Assembly: GCA_964384105.1 (NCBI GenBank)
Contig: CAYLJV010000001.1
Coordinates: 480,001 to 544,000 of the forward strand
Reading direction: 5' to 3'
Source: Candidatus Hadarchaeota archaeon
GTDB taxonomy: Archaea > Hadarchaeota > Hadarchaeia > Hadarchaeales > JAGGTB01
DNA: 64,000 nucleotides
Both the position numbers and the translations under genes were made by a program. Numbering within the stretch: the stretch's first letter is position 1; the number at the start of each line of letters is the position of its first letter. Shown piece after piece: positions 48,300-58,224 of the stretch. The notes beneath the pieces are model-generated. The model saw nothing but the letters and a program-made list of their open reading frames with translations, was not told the origin of the DNA and searched no databases.

Positions 48300-49187
48300 A
48301 TGGAACTAGATATTGTGGTGGTGGGACATGCTACCGTTGACGTGAACGTTTTCCCACATGGAATCATCGAGAGTGTGTTGGGTGGAGCTCCTACTTATGC
48401 AGGTTTCTCTTTGAAGGCTCTGAATAGGGAGGTTGGTGTAGTTTCTAAGATAGGAAAGGACTTCCCGGACTATTTTCCTCCGCTCTTCAGTAAGTTTGGT
48501 TTGAATACAGAGGGAATACTGGCGACTTCTGGGGAGACTACGAAGTTCGAAAATACTTATTCCGAAGATGGTGAGAGGAAACAGGTCGTTAAAAGTGTGG
48601 CTGATTCAATATCTCCCAAAGACGTTCCTCAGTCTTATCTAAATTCAAATGGATTCTATATATCCCCCGTTGTCGATGAAATATCTCCTGAAACTGTGTC
48701 AAAGATTTCTGAAGGAACGGGTATAGTTATGCTCGACCCTCAAGGATTATTCAGGGAGCTGGATGATTCTGGCAGGATAAATATTAAAAAGCCCGATGAT
48801 CTCGAGAGTTATCTATCTGGTGTGGACATTATAAAAATAGGAAAAGATGAATTCAAAGCCTTTGGGGAATCGGAGGAAAACGTTCTGAGAAATTTAGTCG
48901 AAATGGGTCCTAAAACAGCACTTCTGACGTTGGGTGGCGGTGGTTGTAAGGTATTCTCTGGAGAAGAGATAACAAAGATAGATAGTTTAGATGTAGATGC
49001 TCGTGATTTAACGGGGGCTGGTGATGTTTTTGGTGCGACTTTCCTTTCTAATTATCTAGATACGAAGGATTCTGTGGATTCGGCCAGATTTGCAAATGCT
49101 GCTGCCGGTCTTAAGGTCGAATATAAAGGACCGACTGGTTTTCCTTCCAGAAAGGAGATTAAAGAAGCACTTCAAAAGTCTCAGTAA
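48300..49187 (+). CDS. PfkB/ribokinase-family carbohydrate kinase (possibly inositol kinase)
   Basis: LGGAPTY, DPQG, DLTGAGDVF; 2 bp after ino1. Confidence 0.85.
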   Translation: MELDIVVVGHATVDVNVFPHGIIESVLGGAPTYAGFSLKALNREVGVVSKIGKDFPDYFPPLFSKFGLNTEGILATSGETTKFENTYSEDGERKQVVKSVADSISPKDVPQSYLNSNGFYISPVVDEISPETVSKISEGTGIVMLDPQGLFRELDDSGRINIKKPDDLESYLSGVDIIKIGKDEFKAFGESEENVLRNLVEMGPKTALLTLGGGGCKVFSGEEITKIDSLDVDARDLTGAGDVFGATFLSNYLDTKDSVDSARFANAAAGLKVEYKGPTGFPSRKEIKEALQKSQ

Positions 49188-50608
49188 GTTTTTGCTATAA
49201 GAACTTGCTTACTATTTGCTTTTCCACATATTGGACATTTTCCCGTTTCTTCTTCGCTATTTATCTCTCTGCCGAGAACGTCTCCGCCAGTTTCTTCTTC
49301 CAATTCTAATCCGCACTCTTTTTTTCCACACCAATAGATTTTCACTACACCCTCTCGGTTGTTCAAGATCTCTCGGGCCTTTTCGAGTTTTTCGATTTTT
49401 TGAATTCTTTCTTCTTGGAAGGATTTAGCCCTCTCCACTAGGTACTCAAAAATATCATCAAAAACTTCTTCAATTTTTTCTTTTACTTTACTCCTGGATA
49501 TTTCTATTTTTTCACCAGTATCTCTCCTAACCAGAGTCAGTTTGTTTTTCTTTACTTCTCTTGGTCCAATTTCTATCCTTAAGGGTACACCGCGTCGCTC
49601 CCAACGGTAATATTTATCACCAGGTCGTAGATCTCTTAAATCTAATTCGACTCGAATTCCTGCTTTTTCTAATTCCTCTTTTGCTTCTTTAGAAAATTTC
49701 TCAACGTCAACTTCTTCGTCTTGGAAGGGAATGGGCACTATTACCGCTTGTATGGGTGCTATTTTTGGAGGTAGACACAAACCTCTGTCATCTCCGTGTA
49801 CCATTATAACGGATGCAATTGCTCTGTCTGAGATACCGTAACTAGTTTGGTATAGATATTCTTGGTTACCTTCGGGGGTTTCGAACTTTAAGTCGTATAC
49901 TTTAGAAAAGTTCTGCCCAAGATTATGAGCGGTTCCGATTTGCAGAGTCCTTCCATCAGGAGCCAAGGTATCGAAGGCTATGGAGTATTCTGCTCCGGCA
50001 AAAGTATCCCAAGGGGGTCTTTTTGTGATTAGGTATGGAACTCCTAGTTCATCGAAGAATTCTCTGTATATCTCAACTGCTTTTTGGACTTGTTCCTCGG
50101 CTTTTTCTTTAGATTTATGTGCTGTATGAGCCTCTTTGAAAGTAGTAACTTCTCTTAATCTTATAAGAGGCTTTGTCATTTTTGTTTCGTGACGGAATAT
50201 ATTTACGATTTGGTAGATTTTCATCGGAAGATCGGTGTGTGATCTAATCCATCTGCTGAGCATAGGATAGATTGAAGTTTCGCTTGTGGGTCTTAGAGCA
50301 AGCTCCACGTTCAGTTTTTTTCTGCCTCCATGGGTTACCCAGTAAACTTCGTCTCCGAATCCTCGTATATGGTCGGCTTCTTTTTGAAAGATATCTTTTG
50401 GAATTAACAATGGAAATAAAACTTCTTCATGGTCAGAATCGTTCAAAAGTTTCTTAATAATGCTCATAGTGTTGTTGCGGAGTTTTATCCCGTGGGGTTT
50501 CCATACATATAGTCCTTTGACGGGATACTGGATGTCCATTATCTCTCCTTGCGAAATAGTTTCATTAAACCATTCGCTAAAGTTTCCCTGCCATTTTTCT
50601 CTTTTCAT
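49181..50608 (-). CDS. proS: Proline--tRNA ligase (archaeal/eukaryotic type)
   Basis: LRPTSET, FRHET, HNLGQNF, HGDDRGL.LPP, C-terminal Zn Cys and terminal KTY. Confidence 0.96.
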   Translation of the reverse strand: MKREKWQGNFSEWFNETISQGEIMDIQYPVKGLYVWKPHGIKLRNNTMSIIKKLLNDSDHEEVLFPLLIPKDIFQKEADHIRGFGDEVYWVTHGGRKKLNVELALRPTSETSIYPMLSRWIRSHTDLPMKIYQIVNIFRHETKMTKPLIRLREVTTFKEAHTAHKSKEKAEEQVQKAVEIYREFFDELGVPYLITKRPPWDTFAGAEYSIAFDTLAPDGRTLQIGTAHNLGQNFSKVYDLKFETPEGNQEYLYQTSYGISDRAIASVIMVHGDDRGLCLPPKIAPIQAVIVPIPFQDEEVDVEKFSKEAKEELEKAGIRVELDLRDLRPGDKYYRWERRGVPLRIEIGPREVKKNKLTLVRRDTGEKIEISRSKVKEKIEEVFDDIFEYLVERAKSFQEERIQKIEKLEKAREILNNREGVVKIYWCGKKECGLELEEETGGDVLGREINSEEETGKCPICGKANSKQVLIAKTY

Positions 50609-50685
50609 CTGACCACGATCACACTAAAAAAGTCCCGGCAATTCACTTAAACTTTTATGTTAAATTAGGATTGAAATGATTCAAA

Positions 50686-51150
50686 ATGGTTTATCAGAAA
50701 GTGGAAACTCTCAAGAAATTCATGGATAGAGAAGGTGTAGAAGCTAAATTTTATGAATTCTCGGAGTCAACTCTTTCGGTTGAGGATTCTGCTAGTCAGT
50801 TGAAAGTGGATCCAAGTAGAATAGTTAAGTCGCTTGTTTTCAAGGATTCACGGAATAATCCTTTGCTTGTGATAGTTTCTGGAGTTAAGAAAGCTGATGA
50901 AGAAAAACTTTCGGATGTTTATGGATCTAAAATTTCAATGGCAAAGGCTAGAGAAGTGGAGGAGTTTACAGGATATAAGATTGGGGAAGTCCCACCAATA
51001 TGCTCAGGATTAAAGACTTTTTTAGATTCAGAAATATTAGAATTCGAGTCGGTGTTTGCGGGTGGAGGTTCGACTCACACTCTAATGGAATTAGATCCTA
51101 GAGATATAGTTAGGGTTGCTAATGCTACTTTAGCAGAAATTAGTAGATGA
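50686..51150 (+). CDS. YbaK/EbsC (ProXp) aminoacyl-tRNA deacylase
   Basis: IVKSLVF, TGYKIGEVPP, AGGG. Confidence 0.88.
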   Translation: MVYQKVETLKKFMDREGVEAKFYEFSESTLSVEDSASQLKVDPSRIVKSLVFKDSRNNPLLVIVSGVKKADEEKLSDVYGSKISMAKAREVEEFTGYKIGEVPPICSGLKTFLDSEILEFESVFAGGGSTHTLMELDPRDIVRVANATLAEISR

Positions 51151-51154
51151 ATGT

Positions 51155-52228
51155 TTAAATTCCTGTTAATTTTTCGTATCCTTCTTTTTTGACTAGAACC
51201 GTATCCTCAAATCTACATCCCCCAATTCCCTTTATGTAGATCCCTGGTTCTATGGTGATTACCATATTTTCTTTTAATACTTCATCTGAGGAGATAGAGA
51301 TGTTGGGTGGCTCATGAGTGTTAAGTCCTACTCCATGTCCGAGACTGTGTAAATAGTATTTTTCATAATCCTTTCTCCGGAAAACATTTCTAGCTACTCT
51401 ATCAATTTTCTTTACTTCTACTCCATCTTTAACTTGCTCTAGAGCACTTTGTTTAGCTTTTCGAGTTATTTTCATTATTTCTTTCAACTTTTTGTCGGGT
51501 GATATTCCAAAAGTGCGAGTCATATCTGACTTATAACCCCTCCATTTGGCTCCGAGATCTATAGTTACTAGCCCGGATTCTCTCAGTCTTTTGTTTGTGG
51601 CCTCAGTATGGGGGAACCAAGACGTTTCTCCTGAGGCTATGATGGTATCAAAGGCAGTACCTTCTGAGCCAAGTTTTCTCATCTCGTATTCAATTTCAGC
51701 AGCAATTTCTATTTCTGTATATCCAGGTTCTATTATTTCCGCAGCCTTTCTCATTCCCTGTGTAGCAATTTCTCCAGCTTTTTTAATTCGGCTTATCTCT
51801 TCGAGGGTTTTGGTTTTTCGTAAAGTTTTGATTAATTCAGATTCGTTTCTGTATTTTGCTTTGTATGTTTTTTTGATTTTTTGTAATGTTTTGTTTCTTA
51901 GATTATCAAAACCGACTGTTTTTACTCTAAGTTCACTTAGAATTTCGGAAATCGCTTTGCTGAATTCACCAAAAATAATTTCTTCACAGTCTCTGAGAGG
52001 TGTATCTAGGTCAGTATAAGCTCGGATATCCTCTATTTCACTTTCTTTTTTTGTTCGATCTAAATCTAGTCTACTACAAACTAGGACTATTTTTTCGTGA
52101 GTCACGATAACCGCAACAGGAGTGGGTGTGTCTGAAAGATAGCGGGCGTTTTCAATAGCTAGAAAGGAATCTAGATTCTTTTCGACCATCTTTTTCCGTA
52201 ACTGTGAGATTTTCATATTGCTCTTCAC
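51155..52228 (-). CDS. Xaa-Pro aminopeptidase/prolidase (M24)
   Basis: PH, DLGA...SDMTRT, HSLGHGVGL..HE.P, TIEPG, RFED. Confidence 0.92.
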   Translation of the reverse strand: MKSNMKISQLRKKMVEKNLDSFLAIENARYLSDTPTPVAVIVTHEKIVLVCSRLDLDRTKKESEIEDIRAYTDLDTPLRDCEEIIFGEFSKAISEILSELRVKTVGFDNLRNKTLQKIKKTYKAKYRNESELIKTLRKTKTLEEISRIKKAGEIATQGMRKAAEIIEPGYTEIEIAAEIEYEMRKLGSEGTAFDTIIASGETSWFPHTEATNKRLRESGLVTIDLGAKWRGYKSDMTRTFGISPDKKLKEIMKITRKAKQSALEQVKDGVEVKKIDRVARNVFRRKDYEKYYLHSLGHGVGLNTHEPPNISISSDEVLKENMVITIEPGIYIKGIGGCRFEDTVLVKKEGYEKLTGI

Positions 52229-52327
52229 AAAATATGGAGGACAGGCTAAAAGAGCTTTTTATTTCTTAACTGGCAAATCAATTGCTACAAACGAAAGCTT
52301 TTTTCTTCTTTAAATTTTCCTGTTTCT

Positions 52328-53431
52328 ATGATGAGTTCCATTGAAGATAAAATAAAGGAAATTGAGGAGGAAATTAGAAATACCCCCTACAATAAGGCTA
52401 CAGAGCAACATATAGGCCGATTAAAAGCAAAGCTGGCTAAGTTAAAAGAAGAGAAGATCAGCAAGTCTAAGAAGAGTGGTGGCGGAAAAGGTTATGATAT
52501 AGAAAAATCGGGGGATGCTACCGTTATATTGGGTGGATTTCCTTCTGTAGGAAAATCCACTATTCTCAACTCTTTGACTAATGCAGATTCCGAAGTCGCA
52601 GATTATGAGTTTACTACCCTCAAAGTCATACCAGGGACACTAAAGTATAAGGGTGCTAATATTCAGATTTTGGATGTCCCAGGAATCATATCAGGGGCGG
52701 CAGAAGGGAGGGGTAGAGGAAGGGAGGTTATCTCGGTTCTGAGAAATGCAGACCTCTTAGTCATTATTATGGACCCCTTCGACATTGATCAGTATGAAAA
52801 AGTCAAAGAAGAACTTCATAAATCTGGAATTCGACTTAATCAAAGTCCTCCGAAAGTAGAGATTAGAAAGAGGGGCAGCGGAGGTCTCGACATCAATTCT
52901 ACGGTTAAATTAGATATTGGAGAATCTGAAATGAAGTCTATATTGAACGAAAATGGGATTATAAATGCGGAAGTTTTAATCCGGGAAAATCTTAATTCCG
53001 AACGTTTTATTGATGCGGTTATGGGAAATCGGAGGTATGTTCCTGGTTTTGTAATCGTAAATAAAGTGGATTTGTTAGATAACGTTCAGTTAAGAGAACT
53101 AAAAAATGAAGTAAATGAAAAAATCGAGGAGGATGCCTTATATGTTTCAGCTAGGTTCGATGAATTGGATTCAATCAAGGAAAAAATATTTTCCGAGTTA
53201 AATTTTATAAGAATTTATCTCAAACCGAGGGGTAAGCAGCCAGACATGGATGAACCTATGATTTTACGAGATGGAGCAACTATAGAGGACCTTTGCAGAA
53301 AAATTCATAGAGATATGGTGGATTCATTTAGGCACGCCCGAGTTTGGGGTAAATCTGCTAAACATCCCGGTCAGAAGTTGGGGAAAGAACACGAGCTTGA
53401 AGATGGGGATATTGTTACTGTCTTTTCTTGA
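52328..53431 (+). CDS. DRG/Rbg family GTPase with TGS domain
   Basis: GFPSVGKST, YEFTT, DVPG, NKVD, C-terminal TGS. Confidence 0.94.
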   Translation: MMSSIEDKIKEIEEEIRNTPYNKATEQHIGRLKAKLAKLKEEKISKSKKSGGGKGYDIEKSGDATVILGGFPSVGKSTILNSLTNADSEVADYEFTTLKVIPGTLKYKGANIQILDVPGIISGAAEGRGRGREVISVLRNADLLVIIMDPFDIDQYEKVKEELHKSGIRLNQSPPKVEIRKRGSGGLDINSTVKLDIGESEMKSILNENGIINAEVLIRENLNSERFIDAVMGNRRYVPGFVIVNKVDLLDNVQLRELKNEVNEKIEEDALYVSARFDELDSIKEKIFSELNFIRIYLKPRGKQPDMDEPMILRDGATIEDLCRKIHRDMVDSFRHARVWGKSAKHPGQKLGKEHELEDGDIVTVFS

Positions 53432-53450
53432 AGATTTTTAATATCAGAAA

Positions 53451-53912
53451 TCAAGAGGTGAGTATTACTGCTGCTACAGAGGCACCATTTTTCTTGACAG
53501 TGTGTTCTACTGCTGCGGTGTCTATCCGGTCTATTTTTAGATTCCTACTCTCCATCATGTTTTTTAGGATTGATTTCGCCTTTACCTTAGCTTCTTCTTT
53601 TGTAATTTTTTTTCCAGTGAATTCGGAAATTAGACCATGGGATCCCTTGCTTTTAGCAACTGCAATAGCTGCCGATATTTTTTCGTCCCTATTAGAACTA
53701 GATATTTTAGCTATTGCTACTGGTACTATAGTTCCAGGCTCTATTTCTGTTAATTCCGAGATTTCGCAATCAGCAGGTAATACACTTGATACCTCTACTA
53801 GGTTTAGGTTACCTATTCCTGCCTCTAAAAGGGCATTGTCTATTGCTTCTAATTCTGTTTCACCTTCCCCGGTTCCGCAGATCAACGAAGCTTTTTTTGG
53901 TATCAGCTGCAT
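53451..53912 (-). CDS. pdaD: Pyruvoyl-dependent arginine decarboxylase
   Basis: DNALLEAGIGNLNLVEVSSVLP with Ser-Ser cleavage site. Confidence 0.9.
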   Translation of the reverse strand: MQLIPKKASLICGTGEGETELEAIDNALLEAGIGNLNLVEVSSVLPADCEISELTEIEPGTIVPVAIAKISSSNRDEKISAAIAVAKSKGSHGLISEFTGKKITKEEAKVKAKSILKNMMESRNLKIDRIDTAAVEHTVKKNGASVAAVILTS

Positions 53913-53976
53913 TTTGTTTCTCCAGTTTAGTTTCTAGTGAGTAATTTTATTCTCCCTTTTAATAATTATTATTTGC

Positions 53977-54537
53977 ATGGAGCAAAAATTGTGGAAGAGA
54001 AAGAAAGAACTAATGACTCTTTATAACTCGACTGCTGGTGGCTATGATCGTAGATACAGGGAGCTTCAGAAGTACAAGTTTGAGGAGATCAGAAAATATG
54101 TAGTTGATTCTGCTAGGATTCTAGATGTAGGATGTGGTACGGGATTAGCTCTCGAAACTATTTTCAACGAAAAGAAATTTGTTGTGGGTGTGGATTTTTC
54201 TATAGAGATGTTGAAAAGGGCTAATGGGTCTTTTGACGAAAGGCCTTTCGTGGTAGCAGATGCCGATAATTTGCCTTTTAGAGAAGAGAGTTTTGATTTA
54301 GTGATTTCTTTTACTCTTTTACAGAATATGCCGGAGCCTAAGAAGACAGTTTCAGAAATGAATCGAGTGGTGAGTCCTGGGGGGAAAGTAATAGCTACAG
54401 TATTAAAGAAAAAATATTCCCCAGATATTGTGAGAAGCTGGTTCAAGTCTGCAGGATTAGACATATTGGATTATGGGGAAATAACTAATAGTGAGGATGT
54501 ATTTTGTATAGGTACAAAGGGAAATTCTAATTTGTAG
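53977..54537 (+). CDS. Class I SAM-dependent methyltransferase
   Basis: ILDVGCGTG, GVDFS, ADA..LPF..SFD. Confidence 0.9.
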   Translation: MEQKLWKRKKELMTLYNSTAGGYDRRYRELQKYKFEEIRKYVVDSARILDVGCGTGLALETIFNEKKFVVGVDFSIEMLKRANGSFDERPFVVADADNLPFREESFDLVISFTLLQNMPEPKKTVSEMNRVVSPGGKVIATVLKKKYSPDIVRSWFKSAGLDILDYGEITNSEDVFCIGTKGNSNL

Positions 54538-54551
54538 GATTAAGAGTTATT

Positions 54552-55088
54552 ATGACAACAGCAGTTTTGATTATTGATATGATCAAAGATTTTGTGACCG
54601 GGAAATTTGAGAATGAGAGGGCGAAAAGAGTTGTTCCGAATATTGCATCTTTAATAGAGGTAGCTCGAGATAGAAATAAGCCGATAATATATGTCACCGA
54701 TTCGCATCCGGAGGGGGATCATGAGTTCGGCATATGGGGACAACATGCTGTTTCGGGATCTAAAGGTTCAGAGGTGGTCCCCGATTTGGAGCCAATGGAG
54801 GATGATTATAAGTTAAAGAAGATTAAATACAGTGCATTCTATGAGACTGAACTTGATTCTATTTTAAATAATTTAGAGGTTGACGAAGTTGTTCTAACAG
54901 GGGTTTTGACCCACATTTGCATACAACATACAGCAGCAGATGCATTTTATAGGGGCTATCAAATAACCATTCCAAAAGAGTGTGTTGATGATGTTTCCGA
55001 AGAAGCTAATCAGAGAGCGATCGAATTTATCAAAGAAAATTATGGGGCAAGAATTATAGATTTGGACGAACTTATCGAGGAATGGTAG
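54552..55088 (+). CDS. pncA: Isochorismatase-family hydrolase, probably nicotinamidase
   Basis: IDMIKDF, DSH, WGQH, K..YSAF, THICI; adjacent to pncB. Confidence 0.8.
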   Translation: MTTAVLIIDMIKDFVTGKFENERAKRVVPNIASLIEVARDRNKPIIYVTDSHPEGDHEFGIWGQHAVSGSKGSEVVPDLEPMEDDYKLKKIKYSAFYETELDSILNNLEVDEVVLTGVLTHICIQHTAADAFYRGYQITIPKECVDDVSEEANQRAIEFIKENYGARIIDLDELIEEW

Positions 55089-55091
55089 AAT

Positions 55092-56282
55092 ATGAGTAGA
55101 TTTCATATTGCTTCGGAAGATGAGATTAAGTCCGGAAAAACGACTGATATCTATTTCAAAAGAACTGAACAAGTTTTGGAAGCCGAAGGTTTAACCGATA
55201 GAAAAGTAGTAGCGGAAGTTACTTTGTCGTCTTTACCTGATGAGTGGGAATGGGCAGTGTTTGCAGGTGTTGACGAGTTTGCTTCTCTTTTTGAAGATGT
55301 TCCCGTGAATGTTTGGTCTTTACCAGAAGGTACTGTTTTTAGTCCTTATGACTTGAGTGGAGTTAGAGTTCCTCTTTTGGTTATAGAGGGGGCTTACCAC
55401 AGCTTTTGTACTTTAGAGACGCCAATGCTTGGTTTCCTTTGTCAGGCTTCAGGAGTTGCGACTAGATCCGCTCGTGTTAGGAAGATAGTGGGGGATAAGA
55501 ATACCCTTGCTTTCGGAATAAGAAGAATTCACCCTGCCATCTGTCCTATGCTGGATAGAGCGGCGTATATCGGGGGTTTTGATGATGTTTCTAGCATTGC
55601 GGGTGCGAAAGAAATCGGGAAGGAACCGGTTGGCACTATGCCCCACGCTTTAATAATAACTTTTGGGGATCAGGTTGAGGCTTGGAAAGCTTTTGATAAG
55701 CATACTCCAAAAGACGTTCCAAGGATTGCGCTTGTTGATACGTATTCTGATGAAAAAGAAGAGGCCGTGAAGGCTGCTGAGGCCTTAAAAGATAAGCTAG
55801 AAGGGGTAAGATTGGATACTCCCGGTTCACGAAAAGGACGGTTCGCTGAGCTGGTCAGAGAAGTGAGGTGGGAGCTAGATGCGAGGGGTTTCGAACACGT
55901 TGATATCTATGTCTCTGGTGGTTTGAACGAGGACAACATACCGGAGCTTCTGAAGGCTGGAGCGGAGGGATTTGGAGTAGGAACTTCAATTACAAATGCA
56001 CCGGTTCTTAATTTGGCTATGGATATTGTCGAAGTTGAAGGAAAACCGGCTGCTAAAAGGGGTAAATTGAGCTGTAAAAAAGATGTTTGGCGCTGTAAAG
56101 ATTGTTTTGGCACGGTAGTTAAACTGTCAGGTTCAGAAAAACCTGAATGTCCAGAGTGCGGTGGAGGAACCGAGAAAGCGTTAGTACCTTTAATAGAAAA
56201 GGGTAAAATTGTCCGTGATTTACCTTCGCCGGATGAGATAAGGGATAAGGTTTTGGGGCAACTTGAAGCGTTTGACTTGTGA
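55092..56282 (+). CDS. pncB: Nicotinate phosphoribosyltransferase
   Basis: TDIYF, FGIRR, GTMPH, LVDT, VRLDT, SGG, GVGT; C-terminal Zn ribbon. Confidence 0.93.
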   Translation: MSRFHIASEDEIKSGKTTDIYFKRTEQVLEAEGLTDRKVVAEVTLSSLPDEWEWAVFAGVDEFASLFEDVPVNVWSLPEGTVFSPYDLSGVRVPLLVIEGAYHSFCTLETPMLGFLCQASGVATRSARVRKIVGDKNTLAFGIRRIHPAICPMLDRAAYIGGFDDVSSIAGAKEIGKEPVGTMPHALIITFGDQVEAWKAFDKHTPKDVPRIALVDTYSDEKEEAVKAAEALKDKLEGVRLDTPGSRKGRFAELVREVRWELDARGFEHVDIYVSGGLNEDNIPELLKAGAEGFGVGTSITNAPVLNLAMDIVEVEGKPAAKRGKLSCKKDVWRCKDCFGTVVKLSGSEKPECPECGGGTEKALVPLIEKGKIVRDLPSPDEIRDKVLGQLEAFDL

Positions 56283-56422
56283 AATAAGATCTTTTCCCCA
56301 GCTTTATTTGAAATACTCGATTTTATGAACTTTGATAAATACGATTCAGTTTATATTTTTTAATATTGAAACCAAGTGGACTAATAAAGTAAAAGGCCTC
56401 AGGCAGAAGTAGCCAAATTAAG

Positions 56423-56929
56423 GTGTTCAATGCAATGGAGAAATACAATAAAGTTGTGGTTGGCGGAACATTTGATTTTTTGCATGATGGACATAAAGCG
56501 GTTCTGAGCAAAGCTTTTGAGGTTGGAGATAAGGTTTTAATAGGTATAGTTTCCGGTCATTTAGAGCTAAGAAAGGACTGTGCGGGGATTCAATCTCTCC
56601 AACACCGAATGGAAAAATTGAAGAGTTTTTTAAGGGCTAGAGGCTGGATCGATAGAGCTGAATTAGAGATTATTTCTGATCCGTTAGGGTCTACAGGGGT
56701 AGATGGAGAGCTTGAGGCTATTGTTATTACAGAGGAAACTAGGCTGGGGGCAGATCAGGTGAATAAATATAGAAACGAAAAAGGTCTTGAAGAATTGGAA
56801 GTTGTTGAAGTACCTATTGTCTATGCTGACGATTGCCGCCCAATCTCTTCGATTAGGATTAGGTACGGGGAAATTGACGTTCATGGTAACTTAAAAAAAG
56901 ATGAAAAAGAAGTTTTAGTGGCAGATTAA
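56423..56929 (+). CDS. coaD: Phosphopantetheine adenylyltransferase (archaeal type)
   Basis: GGTFDFLHDGH, ITEET, ISSIRIR.GEID. Confidence 0.9.
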   Translation: MFNAMEKYNKVVVGGTFDFLHDGHKAVLSKAFEVGDKVLIGIVSGHLELRKDCAGIQSLQHRMEKLKSFLRARGWIDRAELEIISDPLGSTGVDGELEAIVITEETRLGADQVNKYRNEKGLEELEVVEVPIVYADDCRPISSIRIRYGEIDVHGNLKKDEKEVLVAD

Positions 56930-57005
56930 TTTTTATTTTCTAAAAATCAAGCTTTTTAGACAAATTTTTAAGTATAGTAGAGTTTTCCTTTTTTAAGGTG
57001 GTACT

Positions 57006-58214
57006 TTGCATCCTTCAAAGGATATCATTGGAGCTAAGAACAATTGTTTAAAAGATCTTAAGATAGCTCTTGGGATCACAGGAAGCGTAGCGGCTATAAG
57101 ATGTCCGGATATAGCCCGTTCCCTAATGCGAGAGGGTGCGGAGGTTAGAGTAGTAATGTCTAAAAGTGCTACTCAAATGATTACTCCAGAAATGATGCAT
57201 TGGGCTACGGGAAATGAAGTTCTCTCTGAGCTTACTGGTTCACTTGAGCATGTTGAGCTAGCTAAATGGGCGGATGTTGTTGTAATGGCCCCTTCTACAG
57301 CTAATACTATTGGAAAAATAGCCAATGGGATCGATGATACCCCACCCACTTCTGTTGTTTCAGTTGCTCAAGGTTTAGGGAAGCCAATAGCTTTGGTTCC
57401 TGCTATGCACAGTTCGATGTATTCCCATGATATTATTCAGAAGAATATTACTTATCTTGAGAAGGTAGGATTTAGGATTCTTGAACCTAAGTTTGAGGAA
57501 GAGAAGGCTAAGGTACCTCCCGTAGAAGAAATTGTAGACTTTATAAAGTCTACTCCTTACCCGGCGAATCTGAAGGGTAAAAGGATTCTAGTTACAGCAG
57601 GGCCTACTATAGGGCGGTTAGATCCGGTTCGGTTCTTAACTAATAAAAGCTCTGGGAAAATGGGTATTTCTATAGCTCGTTTGGCCTCCAACAGAGGGGC
57701 GGATGTTACTCTGATTTATGGAGAGGGCACCGAACCCGAGCCAACGGGAGTTAATACAATAAGAGTTGAGACTACCGAAGAAATGTTTGATAGAGTTGTT
57801 GAAGAACTTGAGAATCATTATGATCTTATTGTTGCTGCTGCTGCACCCCAGGATTTTGCTCCGGAAAAGAGTTTTGAGAAGAAAATAAGAAGAGGGGAGT
57901 CTCTAGATGTCAAGCTCTTGCCGACTCCAGGGATTTTAGAGAAAGCTGCTGAAGTGTCTTCGAATTCTTACTTAGTGGGATTCAAAGCGGAATGTAATGT
58001 GACCGATGGGGAGTTGATAGAAGCGGCTAGAGCGAAGATGGAAGAATGTAATTTGGATTTGATAGTAGCGAACGATGTTATGAGAGAAGGAGCTGGGTTT
58101 GGTACTGATACTAATGAAGTTATTCTTTGTTCATCTGATGGCACTGAACATATTAAAGCTACTAAATTTGAAATAGCTAACTCTATACTCGATAGATATC
58201 TGCAAGATCTTTGA
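57006..58214 (+). CDS. coaBC: Phosphopantothenoylcysteine decarboxylase/synthetase
   Basis: GITGSVAA, HVELA, PSTAN, PAMH, TAGPT, DPVRF.TN.SSGKMG, GFKAE. Confidence 0.95.
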   Translation: MHPSKDIIGAKNNCLKDLKIALGITGSVAAIRCPDIARSLMREGAEVRVVMSKSATQMITPEMMHWATGNEVLSELTGSLEHVELAKWADVVVMAPSTANTIGKIANGIDDTPPTSVVSVAQGLGKPIALVPAMHSSMYSHDIIQKNITYLEKVGFRILEPKFEEEKAKVPPVEEIVDFIKSTPYPANLKGKRILVTAGPTIGRLDPVRFLTNKSSGKMGISIARLASNRGADVTLIYGEGTEPEPTGVNTIRVETTEEMFDRVVEELENHYDLIVAAAAPQDFAPEKSFEKKIRRGESLDVKLLPTPGILEKAAEVSSNSYLVGFKAECNVTDGELIEAARAKMEECNLDLIVANDVMREGAGFGTDTNEVILCSSDGTEHIKATKFEIANSILDRYLQDL

Positions 58215-58224
58215 GGAGACTATA

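Noticed and set aside
53428-53937. 169-aa plus-strand ORF
   Set aside because: Antisense shadow of pdaD; the same applies to the many short antisense ORFs inside valS, the hydrogenase genes, ahcY, ftsZ and others
57400-57530. CoaC domain lacks the bacterial ACG substrate-clamp motif
   Set aside because: The PxxEExKAK form is usual in archaeal CoaBC, so it is not a defect
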